This document shows positions 18,336 to 30,294 of a stretch of 64,000 nucleotides of DNA, piece after piece (position 1 is the stretch's first letter; every line of letters starts with the position of its first letter). This DNA is from Bacteroidota bacterium (GTDB lineage: Bacteria; Bacteroidota; Bacteroidia; Bacteroidales; ML635J-15): contig JAYEFQ010000079.1 of NCBI GenBank assembly GCA_034658655.1, forward strand, positions 8,965 through 72,964, in the 5' to 3' direction. A program made the position numbers and the translations under genes. The notes beneath the pieces are model-generated. The model was given only the letters and a program-made list of their open reading frames with translations. It was not told the origin of the DNA and did no database searches.

Positions 18336-18968
18336 ATGAAAAATACTGCAAAACAAATTGCAAATTATTTAATGCAAATTAACGCAATAAAACTTGAGCC
18401 ACAAAACCATTTTACATGGGCATCAGGATGGTTCAGCCCAATTTATTGCGACAATCGCAAAACACTGTCATATCCGACAATTCGAACCTTTATCAGAGAT
18501 GCTTTTGTGGAAAATGCAAACGAAAATTTCAATGATTTTGATGTTGTAGTTGGAGTTGCAACTGGCGGAATTGCACATGGAGCATTGGTTGCCGATGTCA
18601 TGAATAAACCATTTGCCTATGTTCGTTCATCTTCGAAAGGACATGGATTAGGAAATCAAATTGAAGGTGTGGTATCAGCCGGACAAAAAGTCTTAGTAAT
18701 TGAAGATTTGATTTCAACCGGTGGAAGTAGCTTAAAAGCTGTTGACGCACTGCGAGAAGCAGGTTGCGAAGTAGTGGGTATGATTGCCATTTTTACCTAT
18801 GAATTTGACATTGCTGCATCAAATTTTAAAGATAAAGACGTGAAATGCACAACCTTAAGCACTTACAATGCATTAATTGAGGCAGCAACCGAAGCAGGTT
18901 ACATACAGAATTCAGATGTAGAAACCCTGAAAACTTGGCGACAAGATCCTGGAAATTGGAAAAAGTAA
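18336..18968 (+). CDS. pyrE: orotate phosphoribosyltransferase
   Basis: FTWASGWFSPIYCDNR and the PRPP-binding loop VLVIEDLISTGGS. Confidence 0.9.
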   Translation: MKNTAKQIANYLMQINAIKLEPQNHFTWASGWFSPIYCDNRKTLSYPTIRTFIRDAFVENANENFNDFDVVVGVATGGIAHGALVADVMNKPFAYVRSSSKGHGLGNQIEGVVSAGQKVLVIEDLISTGGSSLKAVDALREAGCEVVGMIAIFTYEFDIAASNFKDKDVKCTTLSTYNALIEAATEAGYIQNSDVETLKTWRQDPGNWKK

Positions 18969-18974
18969 TAAGAC

Positions 18975-19382
18975 ATGGGAAACTTAAAAGTTGTCAGTAA
19001 AATCGGTGAAATTCAAAATGCCAATGAACGAATTTTTCAATTTTTATCTGATTTTAGAAATTTTGACAGATTAATCCCTGCTGATGTGGAGGGCTGGGAA
19101 TCAGATGTGGATAGATGTCACTTTCAGTTAAAAGGACAAGCAATTAAATTACAGATTGTGGAAAGAATTCCGTTTAAAACCATAAAAATCCAATCTGATG
19201 ATGGATCTGTATTTCCGTTTACATTTTGGATTCAATTGATTTCAGTATCGGCATACGACACACGTGCACGATTAACAATTCATGCTGATATAAATATGAT
19301 GATGAAAGTTGTCATGAAAAAACAACTAAAAAAAGGACTTGACTCGCTTGTCGATCAATTGGCGATTATTCCATATCCATAA
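18975..19382 (+). CDS. small conserved protein, possibly SRPBCC/START-like
   Basis: 135-aa ORF 6 nt after pyrE. The family assignment is from size and context only. Confidence 0.35.
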   Translation: MGNLKVVSKIGEIQNANERIFQFLSDFRNFDRLIPADVEGWESDVDRCHFQLKGQAIKLQIVERIPFKTIKIQSDDGSVFPFTFWIQLISVSAYDTRARLTIHADINMMMKVVMKKQLKKGLDSLVDQLAIIPYP

Positions 19383-19383
19383 A

Positions 19384-19419
19384 AAAACCGACACTGCAAT
19401 AAATTACAGAGCCGGTTTT
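19384..19419. terminator. imperfect hairpin between convergent genes (possible bidirectional terminator)
   Basis: AAAACCGACACTG-N10-CAGAGCCGGTTTT pairs at 11 of 13 positions, with A and T runs on the flanks. Confidence 0.35.
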
Positions 19420-19445
19420 GAGCTGAGAATTAACTTATTATAAAA

Positions 19446-20075
19446 TTAACTGATATAATCTAAATATCGTTTTTCAATCACATCCCAGTCAACAACATTC
19501 CAAAATGCAGAAATATAATCGGGACGTCTATTTTGATATTTCAAATAGTAGGCATGTTCCCACACATCCAATCCGAGAATAGGCATTCCATTTTCGTCGG
19601 CAACATCCATTAATGGATTATCTTGATTTGGAGTACTGGTAACTGCAAGGCTTTTATCATCTTTCACAATTAACCATGCCCAACCTGAGCCAAAACGTGT
19701 TGCAGCTGCATTATTGAATTTTTCAGTAAACGCATCAAAACTTCCGAATTGACTTTCAATTGCATCGAACAGTTTCCCTTTTGGTTTTCCTCCACCATTG
19801 GCACTCATGCTTTGCCAAAACATAGCATGATTCACATGTCCACCACCATTGTTTCTTACGACAACTGGATACTTACTGATATTTTTCAATACCTCAAGAA
19901 ATGTTTTTTCTTCCAACTCAGTGCCTTTCACCGCATTTTGCATTTTGGTAAAATAACCATTGTGGTGTTTTGTGTAATGAAACTCCATAGTTTGAGCATC
20001 AATATTAGGTTCTAACGCTTTATAGTCATATCCCAATGCGGGAAATTGACAATCTTTCATTTTATCAGTAATCAT
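19446..20075 (-). CDS. Fe/Mn superoxide dismutase
   Basis: [29 protein letters not shown] and the metal-ligand motif DVWEHAYYL. Confidence 0.9.
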   Translation of the reverse strand: MITDKMKDCQFPALGYDYKALEPNIDAQTMEFHYTKHHNGYFTKMQNAVKGTELEEKTFLEVLKNISKYPVVVRNNGGGHVNHAMFWQSMSANGGGKPKGKLFDAIESQFGSFDAFTEKFNNAAATRFGSGWAWLIVKDDKSLAVTSTPNQDNPLMDVADENGMPILGLDVWEHAYYLKYQNRRPDYISAFWNVVDWDVIEKRYLDYIS

Positions 20076-20217
20076 ATTATTTATTTATAACGTTTTAAAA
20101 TAACTTCATTATCATAACAGACAAAACCAATAAATTGTTCAAAATAGACTATCTATTTGGCATTGATTTTGCTTTAAAGGGAAAAGAAAGTATCTTTAAC
20201 TAAATAAAAATCATATT

Positions 20218-21000
20218 ATGAAACACATACTACTACTTTGTTTTGCAGTTGGAACCTTGGGTTACGGGCTATCTGCACAAGAAGATATTGAGGACAAATT
20301 TAACACAATGGAAGATAAATTTGACGATGCTTTTGAGGAGGAAGAAGGCGATCAAATGACGCTTCGTTTTTTTAATGCAGAAGATGGAGAACCTGTTCCC
20401 GGCGCACAAGTTATTATCGATGAAATAAAATACGCTACTGATTACGAAGGAAAAGTCCGTTTTCCTAAAATTGAAAAGGATGGAAATTATCCGGCTAAAT
20501 TTTCCTGTGAAGGATTTATTTCAGCCGTATATGAATTTGAAGTTCGTGCTCTAACTATTTTCCGAAACCGATTTTCTGTTTCCCCTATTTTAGATATTGG
20601 CAGCATGCGTATTGTCCTCGATTGGTCAAGACACCCACGAGATTTAGATGCTCATTTAATGAATAAAGGGAAATATCATATTTCATATCGTAATGATCGC
20701 GTGTCGGCAGACGGCACCGCTCGTTTAGACCGTGATGATAGAAACGGATTTGGTCCGGAAACAATAACAATTAATGATGTCAACGAAGACGACAACTATT
20801 CCTATCTTGTTTTTGATTACATCAATCGCGGACAAACAAACTCTCGCAGGCTTTCAAAATCAGAAGCCGTAGTTCGAGTTTACGTTGAAAACAGATTGGC
20901 TAAGACAATTAACATTAAAGAAAATGACCGTGGTACAATTTGGAAAGTATTTACTTTTAGAGACAATCAATTTATTGTTTTCAATGAAATTGTAAATTAA
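20218..21000 (+). CDS. secreted hypothetical protein (C-terminal DLDAHL...DDRNGFGPE motif, YfaP/DUF2135-like)
   Basis: Signal peptide followed by an acidic region. The family resemblance is recalled, not searched. Confidence 0.45.
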   Translation: MKHILLLCFAVGTLGYGLSAQEDIEDKFNTMEDKFDDAFEEEEGDQMTLRFFNAEDGEPVPGAQVIIDEIKYATDYEGKVRFPKIEKDGNYPAKFSCEGFISAVYEFEVRALTIFRNRFSVSPILDIGSMRIVLDWSRHPRDLDAHLMNKGKYHISYRNDRVSADGTARLDRDDRNGFGPETITINDVNEDDNYSYLVFDYINRGQTNSRRLSKSEAVVRVYVENRLAKTINIKENDRGTIWKVFTFRDNQFIVFNEIVN

Positions 21001-21021
21001 TAATCGATTAAGTACAAGCCG

Positions 21022-21066
21022 AAACAATTGGGGATGCAATTATTTGTATCTCCAATTGTTTTTTGA
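21022..21066 (+). terminator. rho-independent terminator
   Basis: 13-bp stem AACAATTGGGGAT / ATCTCCAATTGTT (one G-U pair), a 12-nt loop, then a T6 run. Confidence 0.8.
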
Positions 21067-21234
21067 ACCAAATCCTGCCAATTTGACACAAAAAAAACCG
21101 TTATCATTTAAAACAACTTATCCTAAGTGAAATTTTGTCAGAAAACATGTACTTTATTTGCTTGGCACAAAATTCGTAAGACAGCAGTCAGATTTTAAAA
21201 TAAATAATAATAACAGATTAATTTAAATATTTGA

Positions 21235-22881
<1,647 letters not shown>

Positions 22882-22900
22882 ACATTGACTTTATAAAACA

Positions 22901-22932
22901 AAAAAAGCAGACCGAGTCGGTCTGCTTTTTTT
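22901..22932. terminator. bidirectional rho-independent terminator
   Basis: AAAAAAGCAGACC-GAGTC-GGTCTGCTTTTTTT, a perfect stem with an A-run and a T-run, between convergent groEL and the S46 peptidase gene. Confidence 0.85.
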
Positions 22933-22951
22933 GTTTAAAATTAATTTGGTA

Positions 22952-25129
22952 TTATTTAATTATTGTCATCTCATCAATTAAATTAGATGCTCCTGCAAAT
23001 TTATCAATAATCCATAATGTGTAACGCACATCAAGATTAATACAACGTTGCATATTGTCTTCAAACTCAATATCTCCACTCATAGCTTCGCCGTTTCCGT
23101 CAAAAGCAGTTCCAATTAAATGACCTTCTCCGTTAATGACAGGAGAACCAGAGTTTCCACCGGTAATATCATTATCTGTAATGAAACAAACTGGCAATTC
23201 TCCATTTTCATTAGCATACATACCGTAATCTTTTGCTTCAGCCAAGGTTTTTAATTGTTTTGGAATATCAAATTCATAACTTTTGGGATCTGCTTTTTCC
23301 AAAATACCCTCCATGGTTGTTGAATATTCGTAATAAACGGCATCACGGGGAACGTATCCATCAACTTTTCCATAAGTTAATCGAATGGTTGAGTTTGCAT
23401 CAGGATACCAGTCTTGTTCGCTATTAATATTCATTAATCCCTCAACAAACAATCTGCGAGCACGCTCAAGTCCTTCAGATTTCATATTCATTTCACCAGA
23501 AACCTCACGATATTTTCTCAATACAGACATTGCCATTTTATACATAGGGTCTTTTTCTAGTTTCTTCGCTTTAGGGTTTTCAAGAAAACTCATCATACTT
23601 TCTTCTGTTGCAAAAATAGTTTTCTCTTTCTCAATCATTTTCATAGCCCATTTGTCAAAATCACCTTTGTATTTTTTATGTGTCTCAGCATAAGTTTCTG
23701 GATAATATTTCTCATCAACATTTTCTCCAAAATAACTAAAAAGCGCTGCAAGCATTTTTTGTTCTGTTTCTGCATTATAATCTTTGTAAAATTCTTTTGC
23801 ACTTTCTTTCATTGCTTCAATTGCTTTCGCTTTTAGCTCTTCGCTAATGTCTTCATTTTGAAGTTGTCTCAGAAAGCTTGTTGATTGAAATGCAAAAATT
23901 GTTAAATCCGGACCGGTAAGTAAGGCTTCGAGTAAAAACTGACGTGCATACGCCTCTTCTTTGCGTGATTCATACGCGTTTTCAATGGTAGTAAGTACAT
24001 TCCTATATTTATCTGTACGAATATTATCTGCCCAAGCTTGATATTTTTCTTCAACATTTTGTTTTTGTGCCATAGTATTTAATTTCCGTAAAGCCACATT
24101 TTGCTCAAAGGAGTATTTCCAATAATTTGCACACCGTGCGTATTTAGAAGCATACTGCAATTTTATTTTAGGGTCTGCATTCATATCTTCACGCATAGCG
24201 TTCAATTTTACATCACGAATCTCATATCTCCAATTATTTGTGATATCCATCGTTTCTTTTAATCCGTAAGAGGTCATGTAGCGGTCGGTTCCGCCTGGAA
24301 ATCCAAGAATCATTGCAAAATCTTCTTTATCAATTCCTTTTAAAGAAACTGGGAGGTGATGTTTGGGTTTCAATGGAATATTATCTTCGCTGTAGCTTGC
24401 CGGTTTTCCATCAGGACCAGTGTAAACGCGAAACATTGAAAAATCCGCAGTATGTCTTGGCCAACTCCAGTTATCAGTATCTCCACCAAATTTTCCCATA
24501 TCTTCAGGTGGTGCACCAACAAGACGAACATCTTTATAAATAGTATATACAAAAAGAAAAAACTGGTTATTATCAAACATAGTGGCCACTTGAGCAGAAT
24601 AATCTGTTCCTTCTTCAGCAGCACCTGTAATTTTTGATGATAATTCTTGAATTTTCTTGTTTCGTTCACTTTCTGTCATTTCATCATCAAGTTCACTAGC
24701 AATTTGATCAGTAACATCTTTCATACTCACCAAGATTGAAGCAGTAATACCTTCATTTGTTAATTCTTCATCCAAGGATTTTGCCCAAAAACCATCTTTA
24801 AGATAATCGTTTTCAACTGAAGAATGTTTTTGAATCATACCATACCCACAATGGTGGTTTGTCAACATCAATCCTTTATCAGAAATAAGTTCTCCGGTAC
24901 AAAAATGGCGAAAAGGTGCACCATCATTTCCTAAACCGACAATTGCATCTTTTAACGACGCTTGGTTAATAGAATAAATATCTTCAGGACTGAGTTTCAA
25001 ACCCATTTCCTTCATTTCCTCATAATTTTTCCCAATCATGGACAATAACCACATACCTTCATCAGCAACAGCACGAAAACTAGAAACTGATAGGCTGATA
25101 ATTAATAATACACTTAATAATCGTTTCAT
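22952..25129 (-). CDS. S46 family dipeptidyl-peptidase (DPP7/DPP11-like)
   Basis: Signal peptide followed by ADEGMWL, with catalytic motifs TNHHCG and GGNSGSPV. 725 aa. Confidence 0.85.
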   Translation of the reverse strand: MKRLLSVLLIISLSVSSFRAVADEGMWLLSMIGKNYEEMKEMGLKLSPEDIYSINQASLKDAIVGLGNDGAPFRHFCTGELISDKGLMLTNHHCGYGMIQKHSSVENDYLKDGFWAKSLDEELTNEGITASILVSMKDVTDQIASELDDEMTESERNKKIQELSSKITGAAEEGTDYSAQVATMFDNNQFFLFVYTIYKDVRLVGAPPEDMGKFGGDTDNWSWPRHTADFSMFRVYTGPDGKPASYSEDNIPLKPKHHLPVSLKGIDKEDFAMILGFPGGTDRYMTSYGLKETMDITNNWRYEIRDVKLNAMREDMNADPKIKLQYASKYARCANYWKYSFEQNVALRKLNTMAQKQNVEEKYQAWADNIRTDKYRNVLTTIENAYESRKEEAYARQFLLEALLTGPDLTIFAFQSTSFLRQLQNEDISEELKAKAIEAMKESAKEFYKDYNAETEQKMLAALFSYFGENVDEKYYPETYAETHKKYKGDFDKWAMKMIEKEKTIFATEESMMSFLENPKAKKLEKDPMYKMAMSVLRKYREVSGEMNMKSEGLERARRLFVEGLMNINSEQDWYPDANSTIRLTYGKVDGYVPRDAVYYEYSTTMEGILEKADPKSYEFDIPKQLKTLAEAKDYGMYANENGELPVCFITDNDITGGNSGSPVINGEGHLIGTAFDGNGEAMSGDIEFEDNMQRCINLDVRYTLWIIDKFAGASNLIDEMTIIK

Positions 25130-25184
25130 AATATTATTTTTAATAAATAAATTTTATTTTGCGCCAAATTTAATAATTATCAAT

Positions 25185-25192
25185 TAATTTTG
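25185..25192 (+). promoter_or_regulatory. -7 box TAATTTTG (TAnnTTTG)
   Basis: Exact motif 28 nt upstream of ATG 25220. It overlaps the ORF-track start at 25190, which argues for the 25220 start. Confidence 0.4.
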
Positions 25193-25219
25193 TACATTAA
25201 AACACTTAAACTCTCGTTA

Positions 25220-26263
25220 ATGGAAAAACTTGACTTAAGAAATATATCATCTGACAGGTTAAAGACTTGGTTAGTTTCACACGGAGAGAAGGCTTTCCGT
25301 GCAAAGCAAATAATGCATTGGCTATGGAAACAACCTGTTGAAAGTTTTGATGAAATGACGAATCTATCAAAATCATTAAGGGATGCCTTGAAATCAGATT
25401 TCATATTGTCGAAGCTTCATTTAATTACAACACAAAGCAGCAAAGATGGTACAGTAAAAGTTGGTTTCAGTCTGTATGATAATGAGTTTATTGAAGGTGT
25501 TCTAATACCTTCTAAGGAACGAGTTACAGCTTGCATTTCCACACAAGTTGGCTGTCGTATGGGATGCAAATTCTGTGCAACGGCTGGGCTGGGGTTTCAC
25601 CGAAATCTCAGTGCAGGAGAGATTTATTTACAGGTTTATAAATTAAACCTTATTTCTAAAAAACATTATAATACAGGATTAAGCAATGTTGTCATTATGG
25701 GTATGGGCGAGCCACTTGATAATTATGATGCGGTAAAAACGGCAGTGCAATTTTTAACTGGTGAAGATGGATTAGCAATAAGCCCGCGGCGCATTACATT
25801 AAGCACAGCTGGTGTAGCTGACAAAATAAGAAAAATGGCAGATGATGGGATAAAAATCAAACTTTCAATATCCCTACATGCCGCAAACAACAAGTTACGA
25901 AGCCATATTATGCCAATTAACAACAAATACTCTGTACAGGTTTTGGCAGAGTCTTTGCAATACTACCACAGCAAAACAAATCATCGAATTGGTTATGAAT
26001 ATCTCTTACTTAAAAACATTAACGATCAGGAAATTCATGCGAAGGAGCTTGCTGAATTTACAAAAATTACTCCCTGCAAAATTAATTTAATTGAATACAA
26101 TCCGGTTTCAGGCCTTGGATTTGCAAAAAGCACAGATGAATCAACACAAAAATTCATAAAATTCCTTGAAACCAGAAATCTGATTGTAAAATTAAGAAGA
26201 AGCCGAGGAGCTGATGTGGACGCTGCTTGCGGGCAATTAGCAAATAAATTTCGCAACAAATAA
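25220..26263 (+). CDS. rlmN: 23S rRNA/tRNA (adenine-C2)-methyltransferase RlmN (radical SAM)
   Basis: FRAKQIMHWLW, radical-SAM motif CRMGCKFCAT, GMGEPL, and C-terminal DVDAACGQL. Confidence 0.9.
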   Translation: MEKLDLRNISSDRLKTWLVSHGEKAFRAKQIMHWLWKQPVESFDEMTNLSKSLRDALKSDFILSKLHLITTQSSKDGTVKVGFSLYDNEFIEGVLIPSKERVTACISTQVGCRMGCKFCATAGLGFHRNLSAGEIYLQVYKLNLISKKHYNTGLSNVVIMGMGEPLDNYDAVKTAVQFLTGEDGLAISPRRITLSTAGVADKIRKMADDGIKIKLSISLHAANNKLRSHIMPINNKYSVQVLAESLQYYHSKTNHRIGYEYLLLKNINDQEIHAKELAEFTKITPCKINLIEYNPVSGLGFAKSTDESTQKFIKFLETRNLIVKLRRSRGADVDAACGQLANKFRNK

Positions 26264-26346
26264 GCAAGGTTATTCCTTTAGCTGTTCGAAATGTGAAAAA
26301 TTATTAATATTTTAGCAAATTAACTGGAAAATAAACCTCTAAAATT

Positions 26347-27912
26347 ATGAAACGTATAGTATCTTTATTAATTGGCCTTATAGTCCTGACAGCAGTAAGC
26401 ACCGCACAGCCTTTGAAATCAGATTTTGGTGTCGATCAAAAAGTTAAACTTGAAAAAGGAGAGACCTACCAAAAAATGGTTGGTGCTGACGATACCGGAT
26501 TTTATGTTTTAAAAACAGATTACGAAAACAATATTTGGTTGGAATTTTGGAATGCCGACAATTTGGTAAAAGAGAGTTGTAATCGTATGATTCTTCCTTC
26601 TGTGGGTGGGGTCCAAGCTGAATTTCTTGAAATGTTTTACATTAACGAGAAACTCATTATGTTTACGACTGTAACCAATGAGTCAATTAAGCAAAAAACC
26701 CTATATGCACAATATATCAATAAAGCAGGAAAAATTGTTGGAGAAAGTAAACCTATCGGTCGATTAACCAATCAAAACATTGTGGTTGACTTTGAAGTTG
26801 ATTTAACTGCTAATGGCGAACTCATGTTTGTCCATTATTATCGTCCTTTCCAGAAATATAATGAAGAACCGTTTTTCCTCAAAATGTATAATTCAGATTT
26901 GTCAGAAGTTTTGAACAAAACCATCAAGCTACCATTGGTTGACCGTGAGTTTAAAATCATCCAATATATTGTAATGGAAAATCAGAACATCTTAATGCTT
27001 TCAAAAATAAAACCTGAAGAAAAAAAACGTAGAAAACGTAGAGGTCCTGAAGTGTTTGAATATAGTGTACTCATTTACGATGTTGAAATGAGCCTAGTAA
27101 AGAATTTTCCGGTAACCGTAGAGAAATATATCCCTCAAGATGCGATGATTGGGGTCAATGAAACAGACAAATTCGTTGATGTTATGGGTTTCATGGCAAA
27201 AAAGAATAAAAGCGAATATTCGGGAGTTTTTCATGAAAGATTGGATCTTAAAACCAAGGAATGGGCGCCTATTGATCGCAAAACAACCTATCATAATATT
27301 GAAAGAAAAAAAGAGCGTGATTTTCGTGCAATGCACCTAATGGAAAATCGTGAAAAGATATATAATTACAAATTACGCGAAATGGTATATCTTAGTACAG
27401 GCGAACCGGTACTAATTGCTGAACATTATAATGAGTGGACAGACAGTATCGTTGACCCTAGAACGAAAGAAGTTACTTACAATAGCTATTATAAATACAA
27501 TGATATTTTAGTTGCTAAAGTTGACAGAAACAATAAATTTGAGTGGATGACTCGTATCCCAAAATCTCAATCTTCTTATAATGATTTTGGAGACTACTCA
27601 TCATTTGGAATGACTGTCTTGGGTGAGAAAATCAAACTGTATTACAATGGAAATCGCAAAAACCTTAAAATGCTTGCAAATGACATGTATAATAGTCAAG
27701 ATTTAAAGGAAACAAAAAGCCCAGGACGTAGAGGCCGTGCAATGACAGTTACCGTGTTCTCTGATGGAAAGGTATTTGGCTCTTACATGTTTGAGAAAAA
27801 ACACAAAAAGCAGATTATTAAACCAAAAATTATGGCTCTGCATAATAGCAAACATTTTATTTATACGAAAAAAGGTTCAAAACTAAAGTTTGCAAGATTC
27901 TTTGTTGAATAA
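26347..27912 (+). CDS. secreted hypothetical protein
   Basis: 521-aa ORF with a signal peptide. I recognise no family. Confidence 0.5.
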   Translation: MKRIVSLLIGLIVLTAVSTAQPLKSDFGVDQKVKLEKGETYQKMVGADDTGFYVLKTDYENNIWLEFWNADNLVKESCNRMILPSVGGVQAEFLEMFYINEKLIMFTTVTNESIKQKTLYAQYINKAGKIVGESKPIGRLTNQNIVVDFEVDLTANGELMFVHYYRPFQKYNEEPFFLKMYNSDLSEVLNKTIKLPLVDREFKIIQYIVMENQNILMLSKIKPEEKKRRKRRGPEVFEYSVLIYDVEMSLVKNFPVTVEKYIPQDAMIGVNETDKFVDVMGFMAKKNKSEYSGVFHERLDLKTKEWAPIDRKTTYHNIERKKERDFRAMHLMENREKIYNYKLREMVYLSTGEPVLIAEHYNEWTDSIVDPRTKEVTYNSYYKYNDILVAKVDRNNKFEWMTRIPKSQSSYNDFGDYSSFGMTVLGEKIKLYYNGNRKNLKMLANDMYNSQDLKETKSPGRRGRAMTVTVFSDGKVFGSYMFEKKHKKQIIKPKIMALHNSKHFIYTKKGSKLKFARFFVE

Positions 27913-27932
27913 CACAATACGAATGGCTTTAT

Positions 27933-27969
27933 AAAACGTCTCTATCAGTAATTTAGAGACGTTTTTTTT
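27933..27969. terminator. rho-independent terminator (bidirectional)
   Basis: AAAACGTCTCTA-N9-TAGAGACGTTTT plus a T-run, a perfect 12-bp stem between convergent genes. Confidence 0.85.
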
Positions 27970-28031
27970 ATGAAAAAGCGGTGAATAATGCGGTAATTGT
28001 ATAACATTATACTGAGAATTTTTAGGACATA

Positions 28032-28964
28032 CTACATAAAATAAATCATATAATAATAGACAACATAAATTATTAGAAAAATAAATCCATGCCACCATCG
28101 AATACGTGAGTTTTTAATCGGCTGCATAAAAACAAAAAGCAAAAGAAATATTCCCATCATCCAAAACCAATCAATGTTTAAGCTTTCTTTGCTAACTGGA
28201 ATATCAGTAACAATTGCTGTGATTCCGAGTATCCCGAAAATATTAAAAACATTTGATCCGATTAAATTTCCTATCGAAATATCAAGTTCTTTTCTGCGTG
28301 CTGCCATAACCGATGTTGCCAACTCAGGAACACTCGTTCCGAAGGCAATTATAGAAATAGAAATCACACGTTCACTTACCCCAAATCGATAGGCGATACT
28401 ACTGGCGCCTTCAACTAAAAAGCGAGAACCAAGAACTAAACCTAAAATACTAATGACAACAATCCCTATTGACCAACCTATAGAAAATGGCGGAATTTCA
28501 GGAACACTACTTCGCATAGCTTTACGTGATGAAATCAATGAGTATAATACATAGGTAACTAACAAAAAAGTAAGTACAATACCTTCTCCAAATGACAATA
28601 TTAAATCTAATGCAAATATAAAAAACAATAATGCGGCAACTATCATAACAGACCAATCGAACCAAATTGTTTTTCTTTGAACAGGAATAACAATAATCAA
28701 CGCAGTAACACCAAGAACCAATGCAATATTCGCAATATTAGAACCCAAGACATTTCCAACACTGATGTCAGGATGTCCCGTAACAGCCGCCTGTAAGCTC
28801 ACAACGAGCTCCGGAGCAGAGGTTCCAAGTGAAATAATGGTAACACCTATAACTAATGGGGACACTTTAAACCGTTTTGCAAGTGAAGTTCCGCCCCTTA
28901 CAAGCCAATCGCCACTAAAAACAAGCAGAATAAGTCCTCCCAACAATATTAACACATCAATCAT
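28032..28964 (-). CDS. Ca2+/Na+ antiporter (CaCA family, YrbG-like)
   Basis: Two alpha-repeat motifs, GTSAPEL and GTSVPEL, and about 10 TM segments. Confidence 0.8.
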   Translation of the reverse strand: MIDVLILLGGLILLVFSGDWLVRGGTSLAKRFKVSPLVIGVTIISLGTSAPELVVSLQAAVTGHPDISVGNVLGSNIANIALVLGVTALIIVIPVQRKTIWFDWSVMIVAALLFFIFALDLILSFGEGIVLTFLLVTYVLYSLISSRKAMRSSVPEIPPFSIGWSIGIVVISILGLVLGSRFLVEGASSIAYRFGVSERVISISIIAFGTSVPELATSVMAARRKELDISIGNLIGSNVFNIFGILGITAIVTDIPVSKESLNIDWFWMMGIFLLLFVFMQPIKNSRIRWWHGFIFLIIYVVYYYMIYFM

Positions 28965-29029
28965 AATACAAAATTAGAAATATTGCAACATCTTAAATTG
29001 TTTTTACAAATTTTTCATTTACCCTAAAG

Positions 29030-30292
29030 TTATTTTGCATTCCTAACAACAAATCGAGCGGTCCGACGTGAGCGTTGTTCAAGCAGCACTTCTTTTCCTA
29101 TGAGCAATTCATCAATACAAGATTCTGTATAATGGCGGATTGTAATCAGCACAACACCCTCATTATATAATACTTTATAGCGTTTCCCTAAGTCTTCAAT
29201 TAATTCCGAAAGTCGTCGTTTTTCGCAATCAACACAAGCGGAATAACTAATGGCAGAATTTTGGATTAAACTCACATGCGCTCTATGTTTATCAAACAAC
29301 CCATAAATTTCACTAATTTGTCGCTCATTGACAAAAGAAAAGTCACGCAATGAGATGGATATTAACACTTGCTCTTCCTTTAGAATATAAACTGGCCGAA
29401 AATCGATATCCTCCTGAATTTCTCTAATAACAGACCCTTCGGATAAAGGATCTAAAAAAGATTTAATTTTTAGCGGAATCTGTTTATTTTGTAGTGGTTG
29501 AATGGTTTTAGGATGTATGATTTTTGCGCCATAAAATGCCAATTCCACGGCTTCCTGATAAGAGATTTTCTCTAATTTATGAGCACTGGGAAATTGCTTT
29601 GGATCAGCATTCATAATGCCTGGCACATCTTTCCAAATAATAACTTCATCTGCTTGTGATAAGTTTGCAAGAACCGAGGCGGTATAATCTGAACCTTCAC
29701 GACCAAGCGTTGTACTTATCCCCTCTCGCGTACTGCCCAAAAATCCCTGTGTAATCACATGTTGTTTAATATTTGCCAGTTTCTTTTGAAATTGTCCGGC
29801 ACTAATTTTCCAGTCGATATTTGCTGCACGATATTGATTGTCTGTACGTAAAACCTGCCTGACATCCAGCCAATCACAGGGAATCCCAATTTCTTGAAGA
29901 TACAAATACACAATTTTTGTTGATAATAGTTCTCCGAAAGGCACAATTTGGTCGTATTCGTAATCATAATTCAAGGATGGCGCTTTTTTTAGTTTGGCAT
30001 CAAGCTGATTGAATAAGGCCTCAAGTGTTTGTCGTTGTTCTGCTGTATTCTTTTTTATCAAGGCATTAAAAATCCGCAAATGCACCGTTTTTATTTGGGT
30101 AGCAATTTCATAAACTTTTCCAGTGGCTTTTGTAAAATAGGCTTCCACCAGCTTTTCAAACGCATTCGTCGTTTTTCCCATGGCTGAAATAACAACAATC
30201 ACCGGAGCTTCATTTGTTGATAATATCTTGCTCAGATTCTTTACGGATTCGGCATTTTTTACGGATGCTCCCCCAAATTTATATATCTGCAT
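29030..30292 (-). CDS. aspartate kinase
   Basis: N-terminal KFGGASV, GREGSDYTAS, and C-terminal ACT-like region. 420 aa. Confidence 0.85.
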   Translation of the reverse strand: MQIYKFGGASVKNAESVKNLSKILSTNEAPVIVVISAMGKTTNAFEKLVEAYFTKATGKVYEIATQIKTVHLRIFNALIKKNTAEQRQTLEALFNQLDAKLKKAPSLNYDYEYDQIVPFGELLSTKIVYLYLQEIGIPCDWLDVRQVLRTDNQYRAANIDWKISAGQFQKKLANIKQHVITQGFLGSTREGISTTLGREGSDYTASVLANLSQADEVIIWKDVPGIMNADPKQFPSAHKLEKISYQEAVELAFYGAKIIHPKTIQPLQNKQIPLKIKSFLDPLSEGSVIREIQEDIDFRPVYILKEEQVLISISLRDFSFVNERQISEIYGLFDKHRAHVSLIQNSAISYSACVDCEKRRLSELIEDLGKRYKVLYNEGVVLITIRHYTESCIDELLIGKEVLLEQRSRRTARFVVRNAK

Positions 30293-30294
30293 AA

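Noticed and set aside
21163-21178. TGGCAC upstream of groEL as a sigma-54 -24 element
   Set aside because: The -12 position reads TCGT rather than TTGC (2 of 4 matches), which is insufficient.
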